From assembly GCA_001949185.1 (NCBI GenBank), contig BDGG01000003.1:438679-502678 (forward strand): a stretch of 64,000 nt of DNA, written 5' to 3'. Under the pieces are notes generated by a model. It had not been told where the DNA came from. It saw only the letters and a list, made by a program, of their open reading frames with translations, and did not search any database. Positions 11,927 to 23,769 of the stretch are shown one piece after another (positions within the stretch are counted from its first letter, which is position 1; each line of letters begins with the position of its first letter). The translations under genes and the position numbers were made by a program. Origin of the DNA: Ramazzottius varieornatus. Lineage: Eukaryota > Animalia > Tardigrada.

Positions 11927-14900
11927 ATGGGTATGAACGGCGGACCACCTATGTTACTGCTGGCCCTTGGTGCGGTCGTGGTGATTGCCCTGTTCTCCAT
12001 GACCATTGCTTTTGGTGTTCTGTGGGGACAGGAAAAGAGCAAAAACGCCGATCTCGCGTAAGGCTGAACAATTTTACTTCTGTCTTTTACAGTTGTCTTG
12101 TTATGGCTGTTAGTGACTTAAAACTCTAGCGTAGCCCAAAAAGGGCGTTCGACCTCACCAGCTTTGCTTTATGAATTGGCTACGTTTTCCTCGAGCTCGA
12201 GTCAGAAAACGCACTTCGGTGGTTTTTCAAGCGATTCGTCTAATTCCAGTGCGTCGATGCCACCTTCTCAACCAACAAGCCCATCAAACCCTACCACCTC
12301 ACCACCCTCTACAACACTGACAGAGTGTACCACAGAAGCCTGCGTTACAGCCGGTAAGAACTTGGGGCACGACCGATGCGCATTCCTTCACATTATCTTA
12401 TCGATGGCGCAGAACTTAATGTCTGTATCTATGCTGAGTTACAGCATACAGCCTGTACCGGTCAATGAACAAGTAAGTTACTGTATCTTCCAACTTTGTA
12501 ACTTGCGGCGCTCCGTAATCTTGGTCGACGTCATGCAACATTGTTCAACATTCTTTCTAGGAATATCAATCCATGTGACAACTTCTACGAATACGCGTGC
12601 GGTAATTTTAGTCGCAATGAGCCCATACCGAGCGATAAGACTAGGTGGGGCGTTTTCGACGTCCTACGCCGTCAGTTACTCCGCGATCTCGTGGCGTCGC
12701 TGCAAGTCCCTGACGTTAATGCACTTCCCAGCGGAGCACAAGCAAACTCTACCCAGAAAATGCAGCGATACTTTCACTCCTGCATGGACTCTGGTATGAT
12801 GCTGAATATTTCCCTGTATCACCCAAACAATTTTTAAATGGTTGCAAAACATGTGTCGATGTTCTTACCACCTATCAATCTACAGTAGTTCCCTCTTTCT
12901 CCAACTAGATAAAATTGCGGAGGACAGCCAGAACCTGACCAGCCTGCAGAATCATTTCAACGAGTACAGCTTTCATTTGGAAGAATGGCCCGCCAGTCGT
13001 CCGCCGGTTTCTGCTGACAAAGACACGTTACGCACAATGATTATAACCGCGAGAAAATACGGTAACACGCTGGGCGTTTTTCCCAACGGCTACTCCGCTA
13101 ACATATCCGAACCTTCTCAAAACATCATCGAGTTCGACGCCGGACGATTCACACTGGACCGATCAACATTGCTTAATGACAGCAAGACCAGAGAACATCA
13201 GGCGTACGTCACGTACATGACAGATATCGCGGTATTGATCAAAAAGCGCATTTCTCCGCCCGAAGACCTTGTCGATCCCATTCCGGTTGAAGCTTTCCGG
13301 GAATTCTTCCAAGACGTGCTGCGATTTGAGCGCCGCTTGGCAAATGTGGGTTAAACAACTGAGAGATCGGCAACAAGATTCCTACAAGATGGTTGTCTCA
13401 ACTAGCGCACGCCTCCAGCCAATTACTATGACAACGTGCGCAACTTGAGACATCGATCTCACGTTTTGCTATTTGACTGCCAATTATGAAAAAAAGGACA
13501 AAATATATCCGAAGTTTTCAAAACATATCCAATTCTGCCGTTTTGAATCAACATTTTTCATAACCGCAGTTAACCCTCGCCCCTGAAGATCGACGAAACA
13601 TCTCCGCGCTGCAACATCCTCACACTTTCAAGAACTTCACCGAGTACTTCCAAGTGAAGGGTAACCCTCTCAACATCCAAGCCGAGACGTGGGTCGAATA
13701 CTTTAAAACGGCGTGGGGTGACGCCGCCAAAGACGTCACCGTTGATACAGTGATCAACGTCGCAGAGCCAAACTACTATGCCGGTCTGACGACAGCTCTT
13801 GAGGAAGGAACCTCAGCGCCACTCAAATACGTGTATGCTTTTGCACTTTTCTGTCAAAAGATACAGCAATTAACGACCCAATAATGGTGGTCTCGTTGGG
13901 CATCAGGTTCTTCTACAACTATGCCGGCTGGAAGATCATCGAGCCTTTCGTCTCACGACTCGACGATGAATTCCGAGCCATCCAACTAAAGTTCAGGAGG
14001 GCATTGTACGGGACATCAACCGAGACTCCGCGAGCGGAAATCTGCGTGGATACACTGAACGACCAGTTTCCGAATGCAATCGGTCACATGTACGTGTCAG
14101 AGTTCTACGACAGGAAGAAAAATATGGAGGTATAGGTTGAAAATTGCTCGGATCTTGAAACGGAAATTCTACTTGTAATTACCCAACTTTTGTATTCTTC
14201 CCAGTTGCAAGAAATGATCGATTATCTGATGAATGCCTTCCGCGAAATCATAAGGGTACTTCGACGGTAGAATGGATATTGTATCAGTCAGTCTGTGAGA
14301 CAGAGGTTGATCAAATATGTCTTCATATACAGACTTCTGACTGGATGCAACAGTCGACCAAAGACGAAGCTCTAACGAAGGTCGACAAAATTACACGGCG
14401 TCTCGGATTCGACGAGTACCTGATGGACGATCTGAGAAAGCTCAACGAGGAGCACAGAAACGTAAGCATTGAACTATTCGGTACCATATAGTATTTGTTC
14501 ATTGGGGCAATGTGCTCATAGTTCATCGCGTCCAATACCTTTTTGGAAAACTACGCCAGTGGACGGAGATTCGAGGTTCAGCTGGAAGGTCGAGAGTTTG
14601 CTAGCCGTAATAACAAAACCGACTGGATTTCTGGGCCAGCTATTGTCAATGCCTTTTACTCCCCCAGTCGCAATTCTATCAGTAAGTCCGCAAAGAGAAG
14701 TTTGTTGTCGGACATGTTACAGAGTTTGGCATGATGTGACATTACCACCGTAGCTTTCCCCGCCGGTATCCTTCAAGCTCCGTTCATGGGTAGCGACTAT
14801 CCGAAATACTGGAATTTCGCCGCGATCGGAACAGTGATCGGACATGAAATTACCCATGGCTTCGACGACCGAGGTGTACACTGCTAGCCTGAACGTCACT

Positions 14901-15845
14901 GGATAAATAACAATTTCAATGCCTCTGTGGAGAACTTATTCCCTCCGTGCTCTGTAGGGTCCACACGCGACGGTGACGGATACTACCGCAACTGGTGGGA
15001 CCCTGAATCCAGGGCCAACTACAATCAAAGAGCTCAGGGTATTATTAACCAGTACAGCAACTACAGCTACATGGGGGTACAGCTGAAAGGAGCCAACAAT
15101 CAAGGGGAGAATATTGCTGACAATGGTGGACTGCGGGAATCATACAGGGTTAGTCCGAATGTTTGTTCACCGTCAGATAGAGCAGTCGCCACCGATCGCG
15201 CCTCAGATGGTAGCCCTATTTGGTGATCAATTTCGTTGGTGTCCTATTTTGCAAAGCTTTGATGCTTTTGTCACAGGGCTATAAGGAGTACCAAAGACAG
15301 CAGCTAGGAGGAGCCGAAGAAGCCCGCTTGCCAGGTTTCGCCGATAAGACCACAGGTAAAGTTGCCGCAAAATGGTTATGCTATACAGCCACCAATGGTC
15401 CGTCATGTTACCGAGAGGGAACTGGAATCTCCGTCACTAAAATTGTCACTCTGCTTCCAGATCAAATGTTTTTCCTCAGTTACGCTCAGGTGAGCTTGAA
15501 TTCTGCAACCCAGTGGATATTGCGTCATGTGTCACCTTCGCCCAGTTAGAACCCGAGCCTCTCCTTTCTGTAGGTGTGGTGCGGCGATTACCGGCTGGCT
15601 GAGCTAGAACTTCAAGTCAATCGTAAGTACTGATGGAAAAGGCTTACGTACTATAGATGTGATCTTTTACATTTTGACATAAACTGATTCCCGTAACGTT
15701 AACAGAATTTTCGCGTACAGGTGCTCACAGCCCAGGCCGCTTCCGGGTTATCGGACCTCTGCACAACTCGCCAGAGTTTGCCGCTGCGTACAATTGCCCG
15801 GTCGGTTCTTACATGAATCCCCCGAACAAGTATGGTGTCTGGTAG
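11927..15845 (+). CDS. Neprilysin/M13 zinc metallopeptidase, type II membrane, multi-exon
   Basis: N-terminal TM segment, Ser/Thr/Pro stalk, [41 protein letters not shown] (HExxH, ~14840), [31 protein letters not shown]. Start codon uncertain. Confidence 0.95.
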
Positions 15846-16722
15846 AGTCTCCAGAGCAAGGATGAAAATTTTAGTCGCTTTATTTGCTCAAGTTGTATTC
15901 GATTGGTACTTGGTACTCGAAGTTGACATCGGTTAATCCGGCAGATTAAAGTACCAACAAAACTGTACTTCCATTCTGAAATTCAGAGTTCTGAGTCTGG
16001 TAAGTGGAAACGTCTTCGCCAGCTAGCTACGGCCGGACACCGAAGAAAGCCTGCATTGCCAAGTCGCCAATGTCAGTCGTTTTTCATCTGGCGTATTTAA
16101 TTCCTGGCGCGGCTGTCTACTGCCAGTTACAAACGTCAATCTATCAATGCGGAAGTTGCGTGAATCAGAGTAATTATGCGAATATTCCATAACATGGCAC
16201 TCCATTCGAAATGGTTTTTCAAGTTCGACCACCCTTACTTGAGATATTGACATGATGGGTAGACGGCATGGCCACGCAGATGAACGAGCTATAGAAGCAT
16301 CGATATGTTATCTATCTTTCTGACGTGAGAGAAGTCATCAACCAGTTCAGGTGAATTACACAACAAGGAAGTTCCGGTATGATTCAAGCAAGGTTTGGCT
16401 CAATTTCGGAGATTTTTTGGCAAAACAATCGGTTTGGCGCAGGCATCAGTAGATTCTCTGGTTAATTTCTCCTCTCAACTCTTCCACAAGTGCGACACCA
16501 CCCACTATGACCAAGCCTCGCTTACAATAGCCCGCAGGAAAAAAGACAAAGCCAGCTCTGGTCAGCCCAGTCCAGCATGCATTTTTCTCCTCAGATATAA
16601 GCAGCGTCGCATACAAGCCTACACACTTTCTTATTCGCGCTTCTCGACTTCCACAACCTTCACACATTCATCACTCTCAGTTTTCTTCCCTTCTAACTTT
16701 CTGCTCCACTATTACCACCGTC

Positions 16723-17020
16723 ATGAAGGTCCTGGTTGTTCTTCTGGCTATCGCGGCCGTCCAAGCTCAGTACAATGGAGTGGGAGCAGCAAACGGCACG
16801 ACCATGGGTCCCAGCTCTGCAGCTCCAGACCACCAAACAAATGGGCACCACGCGAACGATGGGGACCACGTAAATGCCCTCTTCATCCGCAGCTCCCGTC
16901 ACGGCCACCGCTGTTCCGACCACCAAGGCATCAACCAAAGTCGCTAGCACCACTGGTCCAACCTCGGCGGCCCCTCAAGCCACCGGGACACCAGCGGCCT
17001 CCACTACCTACCGCTCATAA
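16723..17020 (+). pseudogene. Small secreted Thr/Ser/Ala/Pro-rich (mucin-like) peptide gene with frameshift and premature stop
   Basis: TATA-like gatataag at ~16594 and signal peptide MKVLVVLLAIAAVQA. The Thr-rich frame resumes shifted +1 at 16829 (TTKQMGTTRTMGTT*MPSSSAAPVTAT...STTYRS*), with TAA at 16871. Confidence 0.65.
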
Positions 17021-17634
17021 ATATCCCTCCACGAGCCTCAAGGAACCTGTCTAAAAGGGAACGGATTGCTGTTGTGAATCACCACGTAGATATTCTATTC
17101 CATGTACCCAACTCAACGTATGGTTTGCTTTGTGCTGTCCTGTGCCTTTGTCTTGACCAGCAGATATGCCCAGCGGTCAACATGAATTCAAACATGACCT
17201 CCTTCTAAATAAATTGGAAAAACGTACCCCGCAGTTTGTTTGTCTACCAAATGTCTACCAGAATGACCTTAGGAAGGAAAAAGGTGTGCTGTCGCGAGGA
17301 TACAAAAACAATGGAAAAATAATCCTCTCCGAGGATGACCCAGCACCATCGGGATCTTGAAGTACAAAATTCCATCTAGATTCCTGGAAGTTTGTAGTAA
17401 TTTTAAGACTGTCTCGCCACATACTCAAAACTCCTATGATATGCTGGGATCGGTATTTGGAGTATTACGAAGTCAAGCTCGAACCAAATGTTATTCTTCC
17501 ATTCGGGGTAAAATCGCATCAAAAATTCTTCTGTTCTGTATAGAAGCGACTTCCTCAATCGGCAAGGACAAAGCGACGCTACTTCTTGTTTCGGCAAACT
17601 AATGTATTCTGTTTGCTTCGATGTGACTGATTAG

Positions 17635-18411
17635 GTTTGAGCCATCATGGCGGAAATGTCGCTGGCCCAGCTGCGCCAGCAATCCGTCAAATATTCCCAT
17701 CACGCTTACCTCCCGTGCCTCTCGGTCGTATTATCGTCAATATTCGCCAGATAAACAATGCCATCAAGCTTAATACACCCTCGCCCATGCTATGGCCTGG
17801 AAACGTGTTACCGCTAGAGATGGCGGGTTCAGGCCGAAGCAGCGGCGGGGGTAGGTGGAGGAGGTGGGAAGAAGAAGAAATCGGAGAAGAAGCCGTCGAA
17901 GGGCGGATCGAAGGGTAAGAAAGATAAGCCTGGAAAGAAGCCCAGTAAAGGAGGATCAAAACCAAGCAAAAAGCCTAGTAAAAAAGGCTCGAAATCCGGT
18001 GGTGGCGACAAGCCGTCCAAGAAGCCCAGCAAAGGTGGCTCGGGTACGAATGTGAGGAACCCGCCGAAGAAGAGTGGCTCGAAGAGTGGGTCTGGTACGT
18101 CCCGCCGTATCCTTTACATGAATATATTTCTCTGACAATCACAGTGTCCTGATGGTTTGCTGCGTAGTGCATAAGTTCTAAAATGTTTTTACGGGACGCA
18201 TTCTGCCCGGCTGACAACATTAATTTTCTCGTGATTTAAAATTGCAGGTAAGAAGGGTAAGAGTGGTTCGAAGAATCGCGGAGGATCGTCGAGTGGTGAC
18301 AAGAATAAGAAAAAGAAAGGCGGCTCGAAGTCTGGTAAGAAAAAGAAGAACCAAGACGACGATGGCAGTTCGGACGATCCGCCGCCGAAACATCCTCAGA
18401 AATTTTATTAA
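17635..18411 (+). CDS. Lys/Gly/Ser-rich intrinsically disordered basic protein (5' structure uncertain)
   Basis: Open frame 17833-18094 is spliced (GT 18095, AG 18247) to 18248-18411: GGGGKKKKSEKKPSKGGSK...GKKGKSGSK...KKKKNQDDDGSSDDPPPKHPQKFY*. The in-phase intron and synonymous variation among repeats support coding status. Confidence 0.7.
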
Positions 18412-19993
18412 TTTTACCTGATCTGCTTGCCGTATCTCTGCCGTCTCCGCTTTATCAGACGTCATCTCGTCTTTCGCTGCGCTGCACGACCGCATCTCAG
18501 TACGAAAACTTTACTGTACTAAATATCATCTTGTTGTGAACAAAATTCAGAACCTACAGTATCACCGGGAAAATATCGTATTTAATGTTCAAGACGCGCG
18601 AGAAACTATCTTCAGCTGTAAACGCGCTACGAGACCAGAGCTTTCAACCGAAAATGCCAACCCATCAAGAAAAACACATCCTTACGTCGCCCTTTAGCAC
18701 CAAAATTACCCTTAACTGGAATACACCTGGACTACTCCAATCACGAGCATGCAAAATGCGCACGCTTTAACCTGGTCCCCCCACTGCCTTGAAACAATGG
18801 AAAACCACCAGTGCAAACCATCTCGCAAGACTGTCAATCTTTTTACTCGGAAGAGACTTTAGTGCATCACTGATTCTAGAATACCCGCACCAGCCCCACG
18901 AACAAGCGACGTAATTACTGTACACAAGTATCTGTCAGGAAGTGACCGCCGCCGTTTTCATGACTCGAGCTAGCGGTTCCAGAGCACGGAGGCGGCGGGG
19001 GTACAGACGCGCCGATCACAAGGAACGCGATGTCTGTTCTGTTTTGTTAAAGCTTGCGCTATAAGGTCGAACGGTTGGTGGATGAGGTTAGAGTGGTACG
19101 TTCAGCAAACTGGATTCGGTAACCAGTTAACTAGAAATCTGCGTAGATTGAAGCGGCAAGCGTTTTCTTAACACTTTCAGTACGATCGTTTTCATGTTTG
19201 CAGAATACTACCGTCCTCTTTGTGTATACAGGAATTTTATTGGCTGGTACCGTGTTGCGGAGGCTGGTCCAACCAATAGGCAATTTTCGAAATTTCAAAG
19301 TTCGGATAATTGGCAGGCCATGAACGCCAAGTCTCAAAAGGGAGAACTGGTCGTCTTGATTTTCTTCTGACCGCACTGATGACTACAAAATTTATCCCAG
19401 GCTCGGCTTCGAAAGATTAGACTATCCCCAGTGCACGTGTCTCGCGCGAAGAGACGAAACACCAAATTTCACCAAAACCACCCGAAACCGTAGAAAAAAA
19501 TTCCAGCGTGCTGGGGTTTTGCTGGCTGCTGGTCATTAGTGTTGCTTTGGTGAGAAGATCGAGATACATGCGAACAGAAAGACCCAGACCCGAAAGACCA
19601 AAAGCTAAAACTGGGACGTGAACAAAACTGAGTGATTGTATACACAAAGAGGACGGTCGTACGTAGAGTGTTGAACGGGTAGCTAGATGCGCTCGAACTT
19701 CTTGCCGTTCTTACTGGTGGCGAGCCACTGACGGACAGATTAGCGGAGGAAAGACTTGTGCGCTGTCCGCAAGAGGTATGCCATCCGGGTCAGGGTACAA
19801 AGGTGCAGACGGCTGGTTGTAGATCTTAGGTCGTTTGGGTTTACGCCCCCAGCGCACGGGTTGCAATGTTAAACAAGATCACTCCGAAATGCCGCTTTTA
19901 CCAGTAAAAGTGTGGTAAAAGTGTGGTTTGTTTTTCTTCGTCTCATATCATTGTGCCGACCAAAATTAACGGCTAAACCACATATCGCTGCAA

Positions 19994-20769
19994 CAGTGTT
20001 GTATTCGGTTTCAGTCCCACATTTAGTCCCAGGTCTCGTCGGACTGCTGAAAATTCAGTCCCGAAGTACTGTATATCCGTTCAGTTCGACTGGACTAAAT
20101 TGGGCCTCTCTCTGAACGAGTCTACGTTAGACTGATAAAGAGACATCAGTTCTAGTACCGAGACTGAAACTGATTCGCGAAGGGTATTAGTTTGAGTCTC
20201 TGGGACTACCACGCGAAGTGCCGGAGGGCACTCTGTGGGTCCTCTGGCTTTCGTTTTCTCGAAAACAGTGAACGTATCCAAGCACCACTGTGAAGCATCG
20301 TTGTCAGCGGATTACCATATCTCAGCACAAAAGAATTTCGAAACGCGTTTTCCACACATTCTAGAACTGTTTCGACTTTACCAAATGGTGTTCCGTCGAT
20401 CGTAACGCCACTTAAAGGTACCCGGTAACTTCCCTCATCTTTGGGGTAAATGGAAGCCCCAGGATTCGGAAAGAGCGTTCCCGAATTTCCCTGTTAGTCC
20501 CAGAGACTGAAACTGATAACCCATGCCTTCCAGTTTCTGTCCCCAGACTGAGACTGATATCGACCGCAAATCAGTAACTGTCTCCACATAGCGGTTGCAG
20601 ATTCTTCTCGCTCTAGTTTTAGTCTCTGCCTGGGCGAATCAGTCTCTGTGTTTCAGTTTCAGTCCGGGGGACGAGACTGATGGTTCAGTCTATTCCCGAG
20701 ACTGAAATTGAAACTGATTCAAAAAACTGCTATTTTATTAGTCTCGGACTGAAACCAAATACAACACTG
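19994..20769. mobile_element. hAT-type non-autonomous element
   Basis: 24-bp TIR CAGTGTTGTATT(C/T)GGTTTCAGTCC; flanks cgctgcaa/cactgtaa (6/8 TSD); many internal gagactgaaactga/cagtccc subrepeats. Confidence 0.8.
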
Positions 20770-21125
20770 CACTGTAATAATCACCGTCATTTCGAACTTC
20801 CCTCGCACGACAGTCAGCGTCCATACTGTATTTTCCGTAAGAGTATGGAAAATTTCGCTCAGGTAAAAAGCTAGTGTTACTTCAACGCTACACAACGTCC
20901 GCAGGAGCCTATACTTCAAACTTGAATCTTAATGCGCCAGAAAAAAAATTTTCTATGCAAACTTCACACAACACCAAGTTTGCTGCACCCACCTATAGCA
21001 AGGCTCAGGATTAAACATGGGTTACTCCAGCTTGCTGCTGTAACCCTGACGTTCATCCGAGCATCGAGGAATGCAACGCCAGATATTTCAAAATTTCTCT
21101 CTGCACGATATCTTCTGAGTAAACG

Positions 21126-22253
21126 CTATTGCAAAAGCATTGGTTTTCTTATTTCATCTACCTTGTCCTTTCCAAGAAGCTCTTCGACTATTCTTAAGGC
21201 GAACTCGAACGTTGAACCTGGTCCACGGCTGGTAATGATTTTCCCATCCTTCTCCACCCTGTTTTCCGTATAGTTGTAATCTAAACACAAACCGCATATC
21301 AAGCGCAGATAGCAGAAACAAACCATTCACGACTGGATGCGATGTCGGAATTCGAAACTACTGCGAACCGGAGGTGAGCTGGTCCTTGGTGGAAGGATGA
21401 GAAGTTATCGAAGCGCCTTTGGCGATGCCGTGGGCTTTCAGAGCAGTCGGTCCAGCACAGATTGCGGCAATCCAGCCTTGTTTCTTTACTTGGTCTTCAA
21501 GAACTTTCCTCACCAGGGAACTCTGCAACGGAAAAAAGCACGTGTGTACTACAGCGCTGAAAATGCATTCCTTACGGTGGTCACGTGACGTTAGTTACCC
21601 TTGATTGGTGTTATAAGACCACGCGACCACCGGAAGGGATGCATTTTCACTTCTGAGCACTGTATGCAACCGTGCAGCTAACGTGTCTCCATGACAGGCG
21701 CATGACGTCACCACACCAGGTGTAAATCACGCAAGCCGCCGTGACGGCAGTCGCAGCATAATGAAAGACTGGACGAACTGTTCTTCTTACGTTTCGCAGG
21801 TTTTCGGCTCCTATATTTCCACCTGCAAACCCCAAGCTGGTTAAACTTCTTCCGCAGAAACTAAAGACCTAGTTTAACGTACCAGGAAGTACGACGATGT
21901 CATAAGAGACGTTGGAGGAGTTCCAGGCTGCTTCGAGGCTTGTGTCAGGTTTGATCAGGACATCCCTACTGCACTTCACGAGGTCGCTTCCAGTTAATCC
22001 AGCCACTGTCACCTTGATCTGCAAACGTTGTGTTATTCTAATCATTATCCAATACCATATCGAAATTTGGACATGAACAGTGGGCAACTTACACCGGCGC
22101 GACGCAAAACGTCCACTGAGATCTGCAAACAGATAGACTCTCAGCTTCGCGTAACGTTATCAAATCCGGAGAAAAATTCTGAAAATCACATACAACAGTT
22201 TCCATTTCTTCCGCTCCTTCAGCAAGGATGACCAGAGCTTTTTTGTCGGACAT
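21126..22253 (-). CDS. PARK7: DJ-1/PfpI family protein, 6 exons
   Basis: [64 protein letters not shown] (reactive Cys retained), [15 protein letters not shown]. Confidence 0.96.
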
Positions 22254-22440
22254 GGTGGAGTGATACAGCTGTAACTTGTGACCAACATTCCGTATGCGAC
22301 GGAAGAAAGAAACGGAAACCATAACTAAATTCTGAAACAAAAAAAGGAAACGTGTTTTGATCAACAATCAAGGTTACGCATACATCAAGACTCTTGATTG
22401 CTTCCACACTACAAGACAGCAGTCACTCCTTTGTCGATAC

Positions 22441-22725
22441 TATAGAGGGCTCTGCGAAGCTATAATAAGCCATTTTAGCCGTTCTTAGCCGTGGCTAAAC
22501 ATATTATAGCCGCGGCTGAAGCAGTTAAAATACTTTTAGCCACGGCTAGAATGAATTGTGCGTTCGAATGATTTATTGATGCCAGAACTATTTTAGCCGC
22601 CTCAATATCAATAAATCAATAGAAAGCACAATACATTTCAGCCGTGGCTAAGAGTATTTAAGCTGCTTTAGCCACGGCTAAGAGCGGCGAAGGCGGCTCA
22701 TTTCAGCTTCGCCGAGACTTCAGTA
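22441..22725. mobile_element. hAT-type MITE in the DJ-1 upstream region
   Basis: Perfect 8-bp TSD gtcgatac (22433-22440, 22726-22733), imperfect TIRs, internal ttagccg/acggctaa palindromes. Confidence 0.8.
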
Positions 22726-22751
22726 GTCGATACCACTGGTCATTACTGACT

Positions 22752-23338
22752 TAAGCTCTGTTTCATCTACCAATGGGTGGTACTTTTAGCCTCCTGGCCA
22801 ACCCATCCAACATTTTTTATGGATTCTTTTACGGCCATAGTTCTTAGTTCGCGAGGCGGGTCAACTTGGCCGTTTTAGAAAGTTAAGATCAGCTCTTGAT
22901 CATCCCGCTACTGGGGAAGATCAACTGATAGGATCTCTGATCCTCAGTATGTACCATCCTCCACAGAGTCGTACGCGTGAATCCGTCCCGGGTAGTGAGC
23001 ACGCGGCAGACCGNNNNNNNNNNNNNNNNNNNNNNNNNNNNNNNNNNNNNNNNNNNNNNNNNNATAGTTGATTGGCCGGTCTGCCGCGTGCTCACTACCC
23101 GGGACGATTTCACGCGTACGACTGTGTGGAGGATCGTACATACTGAGGATCAGAGATTCTATCACTTGATCTTCCCCAGTAGCGGGACGATCAAGAGCTG
23201 ATCTTGACTTTCTAAAACGGCCAAGTTGACCCGCCTCGTGAACTAAGAACTATGGCCGTAAAAGAATCCATAAAAAATGTTGGATGGGTTGGCCAGGAGG
23301 CTAAAAGTACCACCCATTGTTAGATGAAACAGAGCTTA
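22752..23338. mobile_element. TA-flanked element with TIRs of at least 260 bp; centre lies in an assembly gap
   Basis: 22752-23013 is an almost perfect reverse complement of 23077-23338. Termini TA-AGCTCTG...CAGAGCT-TA. N-run at 23014-23062. Another arm copy at 44169-44336. Confidence 0.85.
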
Positions 23339-23769
23339 GTTTAGACTTTAGTGACTTCAGAATTAATAATGCAACCTCAAAATTACGATGGAAAGACGAA
23401 GTACTTTGTAGAGCTAGATAGAACAAACACGGGATTATGCAGCGGATGGTGTGCTTATCGTGTTTGATGTCAGTTCTCGAGAAGGACTTTTGTCTTCAAC
23501 TGCATTCTATTCAAACTTTCCAACAATGGTTTCAAGTTCGAAAATCTTTCAACCGGGAAGAAACGATCAAAAAGGATAACACCTTTGGAGTGTAGACTGT
23601 TGTCTTTAAATAAAGATTTTGCACTTCGAAAATGGCTAATTATATCGAAAAGGACGGCTTAACGTTTAGAGTCTTTTCGGACTTTCCAAAGCATGACACA
23701 CGCGTGCAAACGGGACGAAGAAACCCCAAAAGAGCCCCTTCGTCAAAGTCTTTATCCAATTCATCATCA

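Noticed and set aside
16870-16892. 23-nt GT..AG segment as an intron rescuing the secreted peptide
   Set aside because: Too short relative to other introns here, and it does not restore the Thr-rich frame.
20000-20760. Regular short repeats as a CRISPR-like array
   Set aside because: Eukaryotic context, irregular spacing, mixed orientation, enclosed by TIRs, and no cas genes.
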